Below are positions 27,341 to 39,160 of a DNA stretch of 64,000 bases, piece by piece. Numbering within the stretch: the stretch's first letter is position 1; each line of letters begins with the position of its first letter. The DNA is taken from the NCBI GenBank assembly GCA_002104905.1, contig MCFE01000160.1:62001-126000 (forward strand), given 5' to 3'. Made by a program: the position numbers and the translations under genes. The DNA is from Basidiobolus meristosporus CBS 931.73. Lineage: Eukaryota; Fungi; Basidiobolomycota. A model generated the notes under the pieces. That model had not been told where the DNA came from. It was given only the letters and a program-made list of their open reading frames with translations, and searched no databases.

Positions 27341-28660
27341 AGGTAGTAGTGGGTAGGCCAATAAAGTGGTGTGATTCTACAGTGGAATATATGAATTGCA
27401 CAAAGGGAAGTAGAAAAAGAAACAACCATTTGGTATATCCCTATGAGAAATTATTGAGATGATCCCATAAAAAGGCCATCACAAAGTTAATGTCCCGTGA
27501 CTGAGAGGTACTGATCTTATCAGGACTCTCTCCAAAGACTGTTGAAAAATAATTGCACCCCAGATTTCACAAAAAACTTTGTCAAAATCTTTCATCACAA
27601 CAATGTATAAGTGACTTTTGATTGGTTCCCTGCCAACTCGCTCACTTTCTGATCCTGGACACTCTATTGCCTCCTATGTTTGTGTGAATTGATTGGCTAT
27701 TGCCTCTTTTTCTCACTCCTTACTTCCTGACTCAACTGTTTCTCTTACTTTTCATGCGTACCAATGGACTTATTTTTGTTAAAACTTCAGTTGTACCTCA
27801 ATTGCCAATTGTATAGGCCTATACAAGTCTCTATACCCAACACTAACATTAAGCCCAACCCCATACTCAACAAGTAACTCCATTAAAATCCACCACTCAA
27901 TAAGTATATCTGCTGTAATGCTCTGGTTCCACTACTTTGGCAGGAACCCAACAGCTTTATGCCACTGTTCATTCACTGGTTCCCACACGTCCTGGTCTTC
28001 AGCCAGCACTGCAAGGTCTAGCTCCTCATCTGCCAGTCTTTGCAATAAATCCTTGCAATATTCCAGTGCATTTTCTTAAGCACTGCTCTTGAAGAAGTGC
28101 TGCAACCTCTTGGTGTGCCTATTAATGTTCCAAAACTCCCCTGAAGGCATTGTGATAGTCTTTTGAGCTCTTGAGGTTGTAGCCTTGTCTGTCAGTGGGA
28201 TCTTCACTCTGTCAACAATGGAGCCTGTGGAGGCTGTGGAGGCTGTGATAGACAAATTGCCTTTTGCAGCAAACTCATCTACCTTGCTGGAGTGTAGCTC
28301 AACTAGCAGTGCTTCCAACTCTTGTGAAAACAGCTGTTTTCTTGTTGGTAACTCTTCTTGGCTATGATGGGATTCAGTCTGTTCCTGCTTGTGGCGTTAA
28401 TTGGCAAGAACTGCAGTTTTTTTGGATGCCTCCCTGTCTCAGGCTTGGGTGGACATTTTTCCCTTTGCCTTTTCCTTTATCACTGCCAGGTCTTTCACTG
28501 GTACTTTGTCTGAGTGCTTCTTGTAAAGAACTACGTTTTCTCCTGGATAAATTCTGCTCTGACGCATCTGTTTTGGCCTGCTTGTCCCTTGCTGGCACTC
28601 TTCTGGTAACCTGACGTTTCTTTTCAGCTTGTTTTGAGCTCTCAACTGTAGTTGTGACGG

Positions 28661-30537
28661 TGTGGTGGTGTATAGGTCCAAGGGAGTGATACGTCCAACA
28701 CTTCTCAAGTGTTTTGTGTGTGGGGTGTTCACTGGGTGCAATAACCTCTGGCAAACGCTTGCTAGGAATACTTGGGTTCTGTCTCTAATCTAATGTGAAG
28801 GGGAATAAAGCCACAAGCTTGTCAAGGGAAAACTATTGAGCTACAATCCCCAACTTAGTTGGCGTCTTAACAAAAGGATGTGCTGGGTTCAGCGTCCTTT
28901 GAGATGACAATGTACTAAAGCTTCCAAAGTCAAAACAGCTGTAAACTTCACCAGCAGGGACTTGATAAGAATGCAGCTGTGGTCAATAGTTAAAAAGACA
29001 GAAAAGTATCTTTGCCTGTACAAGAACAAACTTGGGAAAGAATCAAATATAATAAAAGATACCTACTCTGAGTATTCCTCACAAGTAGTGCCTCCAAGGT
29101 CAGTTGGCTGTCAGCACGGTTTCCTGGGAGTGTCCTGTGGTCTGGGGTTGGAAGTTCAGGTAGCAGCAGGTAGCAGTGATCACACTAATCAACAAGTTGG
29201 TATATTGATAAAAGGGATGATGATTAACTGTTGAGGGATAGCCTCCCTTATATACTTTTCTCACTGGCTAAGTGATTACTAATCATGGTGTTCCAGAAGG
29301 TTCTGGATATCAATGGAAATCTTAATGACATCAGAATGACCTAAGAATGTTCTAAGTATGTGCCGGAAGGTTCCAAGAGGCACAGCATATCCAACCAATC
29401 AGGAGTCAGTATTCAAAACCTGTGTAACATAGGGATACCATATATGGTATGGAAATGGTAGGTATGGCAACACGGGTTGATCATGTGTCACGGGTACTGG
29501 CGCTGTGGTGGTGTAGAGGTACTCCTGGGAGAAGCTACACAACTCAAGGTGTGTGAGGTGTCTGATGGGTGCAATAACATCTGTGTCTAAACTGCTGGTG
29601 TCTTTGTCAATATGTCACTATGGTAAAAGCTCCTGCTTCTCTAGCTTCCTAGGTGCTCCAAGTGTCTCCAAAGGCCTCTGTGTGTCTTGTGCACTACCCT
29701 GAAAAGCTCCTTGATGGCAGGTCTGAGATGTACTGTTGAAGGCAGGTGCAGTGATCAACTGCTAATCAATAAGGTAGAAGTGTTACTAATAGAAGGGATG
29801 ATTTATTGATGAGGGATTGCTTTCCCTTAAATACTTTTCCTGATTGCCAAGTGATTACTAATGACAAGGTTCTAGAAGATTCTAGGTATCAGTGGAATTC
29901 TTGATGACATCACTATGAGCTAAAAATATGCCAAGAATGTCCTGGAAGGTTCTAAAAGGCACAGCACTCTCAACCAATCAGGAATCAGTAGTCTGAAACC
30001 TGTGCAACATAGAAATACCATATATGGTATTGAAATGGTAGAGATGGTAACACAGACCTAGGTCATGTGTCAAGGGTACTGACGCGGGTACTTGCCTTAT
30101 ATAGATGCATCTACTGATCACAAAGCTGAATAACATCTGGGATAACTAATGCTAATAACTAATCAGGGTAAACATCATATGGGGATAATACTGATAATAT
30201 GGGCAAAAGAAGAATGGGATAATACTGATAAGATAAAATATGGATAAGTATATCATAATGACTATATGAATAAACTTGTCTGTGGGAGGTATGTTTACCC
30301 TACCACAGCGCGGGTACTTGCCTAATATAGGAGCGCTTATAGCTAGTAATCTACATAAAGTGAGGGGTAACTTATGCAATAAGGTAAGCAGGTGTGGTAG
30401 TCAACTGGCTTATGGGATAGTACTGATTGGGTAAGACAAATGGGATAAAACTAAAATAAATGTAGTAGAGATATAGGGATGTAGAAAATGAGGGAATGAG
30501 CACATCTGTCAGTGGGTGTCACTGTCACCCCACTACA
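28661..30537 (+). mobile_element. Solo LTR, family L2 (1069 bp net), inserted in ORF-A
   Basis: TGTGGTGG...CCACTACA termini; perfect 4-bp TSD ACGG (28657-28660 and 30538-30541); ORF-A continues across it. Strand is provisional. Confidence 0.92.
29504..30307 (+). mobile_element. Solo LTR, family L1, copy A (804 bp), inserted in the L2 LTR
   Basis: TGTGGT...ACCACA termini; perfect TSD GCGC (29500-29503 and 30308-30311). Confidence 0.95.
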
Positions 30538-31853
30538 ACGGGCTCCTGTAAAAGTGGCTGGTTTTTATCACTGCCAGATCCTTCACTGCTACTTTGACTG
30601 GGTGTTTCTTGAGTGGTACTATGCTTTTTCCTTGATAGATGTTGTGCTGGTGCATCCATGTCTGCCTGCTTGTCCTTAATTGGCACTCTTCCAGCTGCCT
30701 GATGTCTCTTTGACACTTGTCTGGAGCTTTCAGCCCTGCTTGTAATGGGCTCTTGAGGAAGCCACTGGTTTTTAGCCATGGCACCCTTGTTCTTCTGCCT
30801 TTAATACTTTCTGCTATTCTTAAGATACTTTCTTGGCATACCAATGCTGGCCCAAAATCCGTTTGCCTGTTTGAATCCAGGATAATGCTCATGGAACAAG
30901 TCAAGTGCATTCTGCTTGGCCTTGAGTTCCTGATGGTCCCATGGTATGCCAGCCTTAAGGTGATGGCATGCTAGACTTCTGACAGCCTCTTGTATATTAG
31001 CCCACTCTTCATTATTGCACTCAACGGCTTTACGGATCTTCAATGTCTTTTGATTTTTAGGCTTTGGTATAAACACCACATTGTCTCCCTCCCATGCTGT
31101 GATAGGTTTTTCTGTGGGCTTTATCTTTTGGCACTCTTGTTGTACTTCAAAGAGTGTACAGTGCTCCTCTGCTGTTACATTGGGAAATGGCTCAATTCAC
31201 GGCTGTGACATGGAGCTACTTGAGTTCCTTCATTGTAGCAAAGATACTGCTTTCTCTACCTGGGATATTGATTGCTCTACACATATTATCCGCTCATCCT
31301 GTTTCTGGACTACTTCCTGATTTCTCTGGGCCATTGCATCTATCCTATCAGCTACTGCATCTAATTGCTTCATTAATGCTTTGGTATGAGCTGACAACAT
31401 ACTTGCTAATATGGGTGGTGGTGATGTTATTGTGGCCACTTGCTGATCTTCAACAGAGGGTACTGCATTTGCTACATTCTCATCTGCCTGAGCATAACGG
31501 TCTGCTTGTGGCTCCACAGAGGTTCTCAATTGCCTACTTGACTGACAGCCTGAGGAGTCCGCATTATTACCTTCAATGGGCACACTGTCTACAGGGCTTT
31601 TTTTGGATGTAGCCCTGCTTGTTGCACTGAATGTCTGAGCAAGCTGTTGTCCAACTGTTCTTCTGTAGCCATCAGCAATGGGGTTTGGTTGAGAACCAGA
31701 CAACTTTGCTTTATTTTTTGGCAGCATATATTTGGAAGTGAGCCAAAGCAAAGGGGAAATAGTGTTACATATACATGTGTATGTGGTGCCACAACTTTAA
31801 TTATAATGCTTACTATGGCAGGTCATCATTGAATCTTACATTCATGTAGGCAT

Positions 31854-32657
31854 TGTGGTGGTGTAGAGGTACTCCTGGGAGAAGCTACACAACTCAAGGT
31901 GTGTGAGGTGTCTGATGGGTGCAATAACCTCTGTGTCTAAACTGCTGGTGTCTTTGTCAATATGTCACTATGGTAAAAGCTCCTGCTTCTCTAGCTCCCT
32001 AGGTGCTCCAAGTGTCTCCAAAGGCCTCTGTGTGTCTTGTGCACTACCCTGAAAAGCTCCTTGATGGCAGGTCTGAGATGTACTGTTGAAGGCAGGTGCA
32101 GTGATCAACTGCTAATCAATAAGGTAGAAGTGTTACTGATAGAAGGGATGATTTATTGATGAGGGATTGCTTTCCCTTAAATACTTTTCCTGATTGCCAA
32201 GTGATTACTAATGACAAGGTTCTAGAAGATTCTAGGTATCAGTGGAATTCTTGATGACATCACTATGAGCTAAAAATATGCCAAGAATGTCCTGGAAGGT
32301 TCTAAAAGGCACAGCACTCTCAACCAATCAGGAATCAGTAGTCTGAAACCTGTGCAACATAGAAATACCATTTATGGTATTGAAATGGTAGGGATGGTAA
32401 CACAGACCTAGGTAATGTGTCACGGGTACTGACATGGGTACTTGCCTTATATAGATACATCTACTGATCACAAAGCTGAATAACATCTGGGATAACTAAT
32501 GCTAATAACTAATCAGGGTAAACATCATATGGGGATAACACTGATAATATGGGCAAAAGAAGAATAGGATAATACTGATAAGATAAAATATGGATAAGTA
32601 TATCATAATGACTATATGAATAAACTTGTCTGTGGGAGGTATGTTTACCCTACCACA
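31854..32657 (+). mobile_element. Solo LTR, family L1, copy B (804 bp), in the ORF-A/transposase intergenic spacer
   Basis: 12 substitutions versus copy A by my count; TSD GCAT/GCGT; the spacer rejoins to match 24610-24650. Confidence 0.95.
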
Positions 32658-32757
32658 GCGTGATGTCTCAAATACAAGACTGTCTTAAGTTTGCATGAGT
32701 ATTGACCAAAATGTGATATAATAGCATTACGTTGTTGAACGTCAAACTGTTTGCCCC

Positions 32758-35447
32758 ATGGACAAGACTACTTTGACTCAACACCATAAGCAAAGAGAAA
32801 AAAGACCATGTGGCTATTGTGGCAAGCCTCTCAGCCATGAAGCATGCAGACAGCATAGGAAGTATTACAAGGATCATGGCCAGTGTTTTGCCACCCAAGT
32901 CATAATTGACCATTCATTGGTCACTACTGTACTAACATTATCTTGCCAGCTGGTTGATACTTCTATATTGGCACCTGGCTGTCTTTGTCACCTTGCGCAA
33001 ACTGAGTCAGGTGAGTTTGTGATGCCTTTAGGCCTACATCAGCCTTCTGAATATGGCATGTAGAGTGATAGCTCTGACAAAGAAGGTTCACTGATGGATT
33101 TTGAGCCTATCTCCCCTGACAACAGTACCACATATGAGCCCGGTCAAATCCCTATATGCAATGAGACAACACCTGTTGAGACAAATGCCAAGGATACTTT
33201 ATGGAGCCAAGTGAGCCCAGTAATCCATCTACTGGTGAATGATGTGATGTTGTGGCTAGAGAAGTGGCGCATTTCCACTAATATCAGTAATGGGGGCTTC
33301 AAGGATTTATTACTACTTCTTGCCAAAATCATACCGGGATGCAACTTGCCATGTACATGGTACAAGTGGACAATTGTCATGCGGCTAGCAACATATGATC
33401 CAGAGACTGTCCTGATTCCAGCATGTGTTAACAGTTGCATGGCATTCACATCCAAAAATGCTACCATTGCAATATGTCCAAATTGTCAGCAATCCACCAC
33501 CATTGAGGGAAACATTGTTCACATTCTGGATATATTCCAGTCATACCCCATCTGAGGAAGCTGATGCAGTCCGACAAATATTGCAAAGCTATACAGTACC
33601 GCACTCAGTATCAATCAATCTCAAACATATCCAATATATTTGATGGCAAGCATTACAAACAGCTAAGAAGCAAGGGCTACTTTGAAGGTATGTATGACCA
33701 TACCTTTGCTTTAGCACTTGATGGATTCTCATTAAACAAGAACTGTACCAGTAAATCCTGCTGGCCACTGATTCTCATCAATCTGAATCTGCCACCCATC
33801 TTATGGTATCAGAGCAATAATCTGATGGTAGTCTCACTGGTATCTGGGCCTGAATCACCGTCCAACCTGGATAGCTACCTGTATCCATTGCTGAATGAAT
33901 TTTTTATGCTTTCCAGTGGGATAATGGTAAATGGCCATCATGTAAAAGCGCATATTATTATCGGCATTGGAGATATCCCAGCCATCAGCAATATAGCAGG
34001 TTTTTCTGGGCACAATGGATGGTATTGCTGTCAAATGTGTGAAACCCAGGGGATTTATTCCATAACGCACACACATTATTATTACCCGAACACCAGCAAT
34101 AAGAACATCATCTTTTCACAGAGAGAACATACAGAAGTAGGCATACAATTGCAGCAAAGTTGGCAAGCTTTAAGCAATTGGCCAGAATATGGAATCAATT
34201 GGAAACTGGAGATACTTAAGATAGAAAGTATCTGTTGGAGCAAAAGCTTTCCACTGGGAGCTATGCATTTTCTTTTCAACAATATCCCTATACTGATGAC
34301 CAAGTTGTACATGGGGCATTTCAAGCGAAATGAGCCCTTTGAGATACCAGAGAAATTTAAAAAAATTGGCAAGATATAACAGAGTATCCACTACCCTAAG
34401 TACTTCTCATGGGCTCCAATTAATATACATACACATATATGACAATACAAATGCAAAGACTGGATGAACTGGATATGTATTTATTCAAGTGGTGTCTGAA
34501 GCCATTCCTACCAAGAGTACATGGGAAGCATTGGGAGTCATATGTGGACATTGTAGGAGTATTTATCCAGAAGCGGATCACCAATGCCAACTTGATGCAT
34601 CTACAGCTGTTGTGTGAGAAGTTTGTGATGGGATTTGAGTGGCTATACTGAAAACATAAAGCTGAATATGTAGATCTCTGCCGCTACTGTATCCATTCTC
34701 TACTCCATCTTGTATGGTGTGTGGAGAATATTGGGCCTTGCTTCACCTTTTAGGAGTTTCCTATGGAGCGGATGTGTGGGGAGATAGGAAGACAAGTCAA
34801 GTTGCTGGTACTACCATATCCCAATCTCATCAAGAATATTACCTTCAAGTCTGTCATGGATGTGATGAGTTGGCACATGGAGGACAGCTAGACAGAGTTG
34901 AAAAATACTGAGGACAAATGTGCACATGGAGACACCTATGCCCATGGCATTAAGAAGCTAAGCAGCCCCAATGTGTGGGTAATCAGTTAAGTAATGCAAA
35001 GTTGGGTTGGGTGCAACAAGCAATTAATTTTTATCAGGAAAACTCCACCAAGATATGCTGGATTTCTTGTGGTCACAAGCCAACTTCTACACCATTCAAT
35101 ATGGAGTTCACACAAACATAAGCCAGAGCCCCCCTATAAGGGGGACTAGGATCCAGCAGGGAGAAGGAATATATTGGCTAAATACCAAGAAGTTCTTTGC
35201 CAATATTCAGGAGGTATTCATGGCAGAAGTGGCATCAACCAAGCATATGCTTTCAAGATGTATATGCTACCAGCAGTACAAAGTATATGGCAACTTTGCA
35301 AGTATCACACTAAAAAGCCGTAAAGTTCAGGTGCTAGAAGTATGTCAATTGCGGCAGGTGTGCGCGTTTGTAGAGGTTAGTAAGCAGGAGGTCATAGATT
35401 TTTTTGATTTGAACTATATGTGGAATACCCAAGGTAGTAGTGGGTAA
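32758..35447 (+). pseudogene. CACTA/EnSpm-like transposase, copy 3
   Basis: MDKTTLTQHHKQREKRPCGYCGKPLSHEAC start; FALALDGFS...CWPLILINLNLPP (33564-34379); collinear with copy 2. Confidence 0.93.
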
Positions 35448-36321
35448 GCAAATAAAGAAAGGTGATTCTACAGTGGAGTATATGAATTGCACAAGGGGAG
35501 GTAGAAAAGGAAATACCATTTGGTAAATTGGTACTGTAGCATTATACAGAACCAGCAGCAGGCTGTCATATTGCCAAGAAACAGCCATCAAAGTCTTGCT
35601 GTGAGGCCGTCAAAATACCATCAAGTTGCTTGCCATATAAGGCAATTGGAAGTCCTGGCCAACTGGATCCACTTAAAATAGTAATAGAGTGCTGAAAGAC
35701 CGCAACAATAACATGCAAATATTGTCACAGCACCAATCAAAAGTTGTCAAGTTTTGTCCCTTTATTTGGCTGTAAAATTTGTAAAACACCGTCATGATCT
35801 CATTATAACATTGTCAGGAGGGTCACTAATTCAAAGCTGCTGTTATTATGAGGGTCTCTGAACAGGATCTTGATGGATGATCCAGATTGGATCCACCTCC
35901 AGGACCAAATTATTTTTCATAGGGATATTGGTATGGTTGCATTATACAGAACTAACTGTAGGCTGCCATACTGCTGTTATAATGCCATCAGAGTCTTGCT
36001 GTGAGACTGTTGAAATACCGTCAAGTTTTTATCATAAAAGGCAATTGGATGTCCTGGCCAGTTAGATCTATTTAAGTAGTTGTAGAGTGCAACAAGACCG
36101 CAACAATGCCATGCAATTATTGTCACAGGACCAATCAAATCTCATCAAGTTTTATAACTGTTTTTGGCAGTAAAATTAGCAAGACACCATTGTGTTTCTG
36201 CCATAAGATCAATAAGAGGTCACTAATTCCAAGCTGCAGGTGTTATGATGGTCTCTAAACAGGATTGTGACAGCTGATTGGGACTGGTCCCACCCATGGG
36301 ACCAAATTATTTTTTATAGGG

Positions 36322-36631
36322 TAAGTGATTGGGAGAACAAATAGATTATATGGTTTTCACTTGATGATTAATTGAATGTAAAGGTATATGATCTTGGCAT
36401 AACAAACACTCAGAATAGGCTAAGGAAGGTCCAAGCGCATGTGTGCAAAGTTTGGGGCTGTTTGGACAACTTTGAGAATTTTCATGTTCTGGGTATCTGG
36501 TATTTTGGTGAAAAAATTCTAAGTGAGTCCCAACAAGGAATTTGGTCAATATTCCCTAGGATCTGAAGGTAATAATCTATGTGACTAGGTTAGGTGAGTA
36601 TTTAGGTGGAATTACAAGTTTGTACATCACA
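36322..36631 (-). repeat. Remainder of the C2 copia 5' LTR
   Basis: Joins 15434-15462 across CACTA copy 2 and is homologous to 39161-39461; the right end is approximate. Confidence 0.65.
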
Positions 36632-39160
36632 TATGACCCAGAGACTGTCCGGATACCAGCATGTGTTTACAGTTTCATGGCATCTACATCAGAAAATGAC
36701 ACCATTTCAAGTGGTCCAACTTGTCAGGAATCCACCACTATTGGGGGAAAGCATTGTTCACACTCTGGATGTATTCTGGTAATAACCCATCCAAAGAAGC
36801 TCATGCAGACCAACAAATATGTAAAGATATAGAGTACTGCACTTTGTATCAATCAAGTGCAAACATATCCTATATATTCAATGGCAAACACTAAAAACAT
36901 CTAAGAAGCAAGGGCTACCTTGAAGGTTTGAATTACCATGCCATTGCCTTAGCACTTGATGGATTCTCATCAATCAAGTACACTACCAGCAAATCCTGCT
37001 GGCCACTGATTCTCATAAACCTGAATCTTCTGCCTATCTTACTGTATCAGAGCAGAAATCTGATGGTAGTCTCACTGGTATCTGGGCCTATATAAACATT
37101 CAACCTGGATAGCTACCTGTATCCATTGCTGGATGAATCTTGTGTACTTTCCAGCAAGATAACAGTGAATTGCCATCATGTCAAAGTGCATATTATCATC
37201 TGCATTGGAGATACCCCAGCCATCTACACAATAGCCAGCTTTTCTGGGCAATATGGGCAGTATTGTTGTCAAATGTATGAGATCTAGGGGGCTTACTCCA
37301 TAACTCTTGCACATTATTTTTACCTTAACATCAACACTAAGAATATCATTTTCCCACAAAGAGAATGTAGAGAAGTCTGCATACAATTGCAGCAAAGTTG
37401 GCAAGCTATAAGCCATTTGCTGAAATGTGGAATAAATTGGAAACCAGAGATACTTAAGATGATGAGGATCTGTTGGCACAAAAGCTTTCCACTGGGAGCA
37501 ATGCATTTGCTTTTCAACAATATCCCTATACTGATGACCAAGTTGTACATGGGGCATTTCAAGCTAAATGAGCCCTTTGAGATACCAGAGAAATTTGAAA
37601 GAATTGGCAAGATATTACAGAGTATCTGTTACTGTAAGTACTTCTCATGGGCTCCAATCAACATTCATATGCATATACAACAATACCAGTGCAAGGACTG
37701 GATGAGCTGGATATGTATTTATTCAAGTGGTCTTCTGAAGCTCTTTCTACCAAGAGTACATTGGAAGCATTGGGAGTCATATATGGGCATTGTAGGAGTA
37801 TATCTCCAGAAGCAGATCACCAATGCCAACTTGATGCATCTTCAGCTTTTGTGCAAGGAGTTTGTTATGGGATATGAGTGGCTATACTGCAAGCATAAAG
37901 CTGAACACATAGATCTCTGCAGCTACTGTATCTATTCTCTACTCCATCTTGCTTGGCATATGGAGAATATTGGGCCTTGCTTCACCTTTTGGGAGTTTCC
38001 TATGGAGCGGATGTGTGGGGAGATAGGAAGACTAGTCAAGTTGCAGTTACTAAAATATCCCAATCTCATCAAGAATATTACGTTCAAGTCTGTCATGTAT
38101 GTGATGAGTTGGCACATGGAGGACAGCCAGGAAGAGTTGGAAAATACTGAGGACAGATGTGCACATGGAGACACCTATGCCTAAGGCATTAAGAAGCTAA
38201 GCAACCCCAATGTGTGGGTATTCCGTTAAGTAATGCAAAGTTGGGTTGGGTGCAACAAGCAACTAAGTTTTATTAGGAAAAAGCTACCAAAGTTTGACAG
38301 GTTTCTCTTGGTCACAAGCCAATTTCTACACCACTTAATATGGAATCAACAAAAGCAAGAGCCAGAGCACACCTATAAGTGGGACTAGAATCCAGCAGGG
38401 AGAAGGAATATATTGGTCAAGTAACAAAAAGTGTTTTGCAGATATTCCAGAGGTGTTCATGCAAAAGTTGCAGTAACCAAGCATATGCTTGCAAGATGTA
38501 TATGTTACCAGCAATACATGTTGTATGGAAACTTTGCAAGTATTCCACTGAAAAGTTGTAAAGTTGGAGCAATAGAAGTGTATCAATTGCAGTTGCTGTG
38601 CACATGTGCGCAAGTTAATAAGCAGGAGGCTATAGTTTTTTTTGTTCAAACTATATGTGGAATAGCTATGATAGTAGTGGGTGAGCAAATAAATTGGAGT
38701 AATTCTATAATGGAATGTATGAATGGTGCAAGGCAAGGTAGCAAAAGGAATTTTCATTTGGTAAATTGGTACAGTAGCATTGTACAGCACTAGCTGTAGG
38801 CTGCTTTACTGCTGTTATAATGCCAATAGATGCCCACATCAAGTCCATTGAAACACCATCAAGTTTTTTGCAATATATGGCATCTGCATGTACTGGCCAG
38901 TTTGGTCTGCTCAGCTAAGTGTAGGCTGCATAAACACCATTAAAATGCCAGCAAAATTCCATTGAAGAACTGCCCAAACACTGCCAAGTTTACTTACCTG
39001 TATAGCAGTAGAATCAGCAAGACACCATTAACATCCCATTGTAACATCATGAAAAGAGTCAGTAATTCCAAGCTGCTGGCATTATGATGGCATCATTTTG
39101 AGATCTGAATGGCAGATCTGGATTGGATCCACCCAAGGGACCAAATTATTTTTCATAGGG
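36632..39160 (+). mobile_element. CACTA-like copy 4: 5'-truncated transposase plus 3' TIR
   Basis: ORF 37387-38184 (FPLGAMHLLFNNI...FWEFPMERMCGEIGR); ends AAATTATTTTTCATAGGG at 39160. Confidence 0.9.

Larger units (their letters stand above)
27780..31727 (-). pseudogene. ORF-A copy 3 (near full length, split by the L2/L1 LTRs)
   Basis: ATG at 31727 (MLPKNKAKLSGSQPNP); ORFs 31230-31751, 30801-31079, 30525-30779, 28374-28660 and 28076-28318, then a protein-like continuation EELDLAVLAEDQDVWEPVNEQWHKAVGFLP. The 3' end is approximate. Confidence 0.75.
27439..35924 (+). mobile_element. CACTA/EnSpm-like element copy 3, complete ends (about 5.8 kb after removing nested LTRs), inserted in the 3' region of copy 2
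   Basis: TIRs CCCTATGAGAAATTATT and (reverse complement) CCCTATGAAAAATAATT; ATAT duplicated at 27435-27438 and 35925-35928; the host sequence rejoins as CATTTGGTATATTGGTA. Confidence 0.93.
15463..36321 (+). mobile_element. CACTA/EnSpm-like element copy 2 (20.9 kb including nested inserts), inserted in the C2 LTR
   Basis: Left TIR CCCAACAAAAAGTAATT; right TIR (reverse complement) CCCTATAAAAAATAATT; flanks GAAG/TAAG. The copia LTR sequence resumes at 36322. Confidence 0.8.

Noticed and set aside
29504-32657. Apparent intact LTR retrotransposon (two near-identical LTRs, outer flanks GCGC/GCGT) carrying ORF-A as cargo
   Set aside because: Each LTR has its own TSD, and each host (the L2 LTR; the CACTA spacer) is restored separately, so these are two independent solo LTRs.
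27439-35924. piggyBac assignment from the CCC...GGG ends and 4-bp TSD
   Set aside because: The TSD is not TTAA, and the transposase motifs are Tnp2/EnSpm type.
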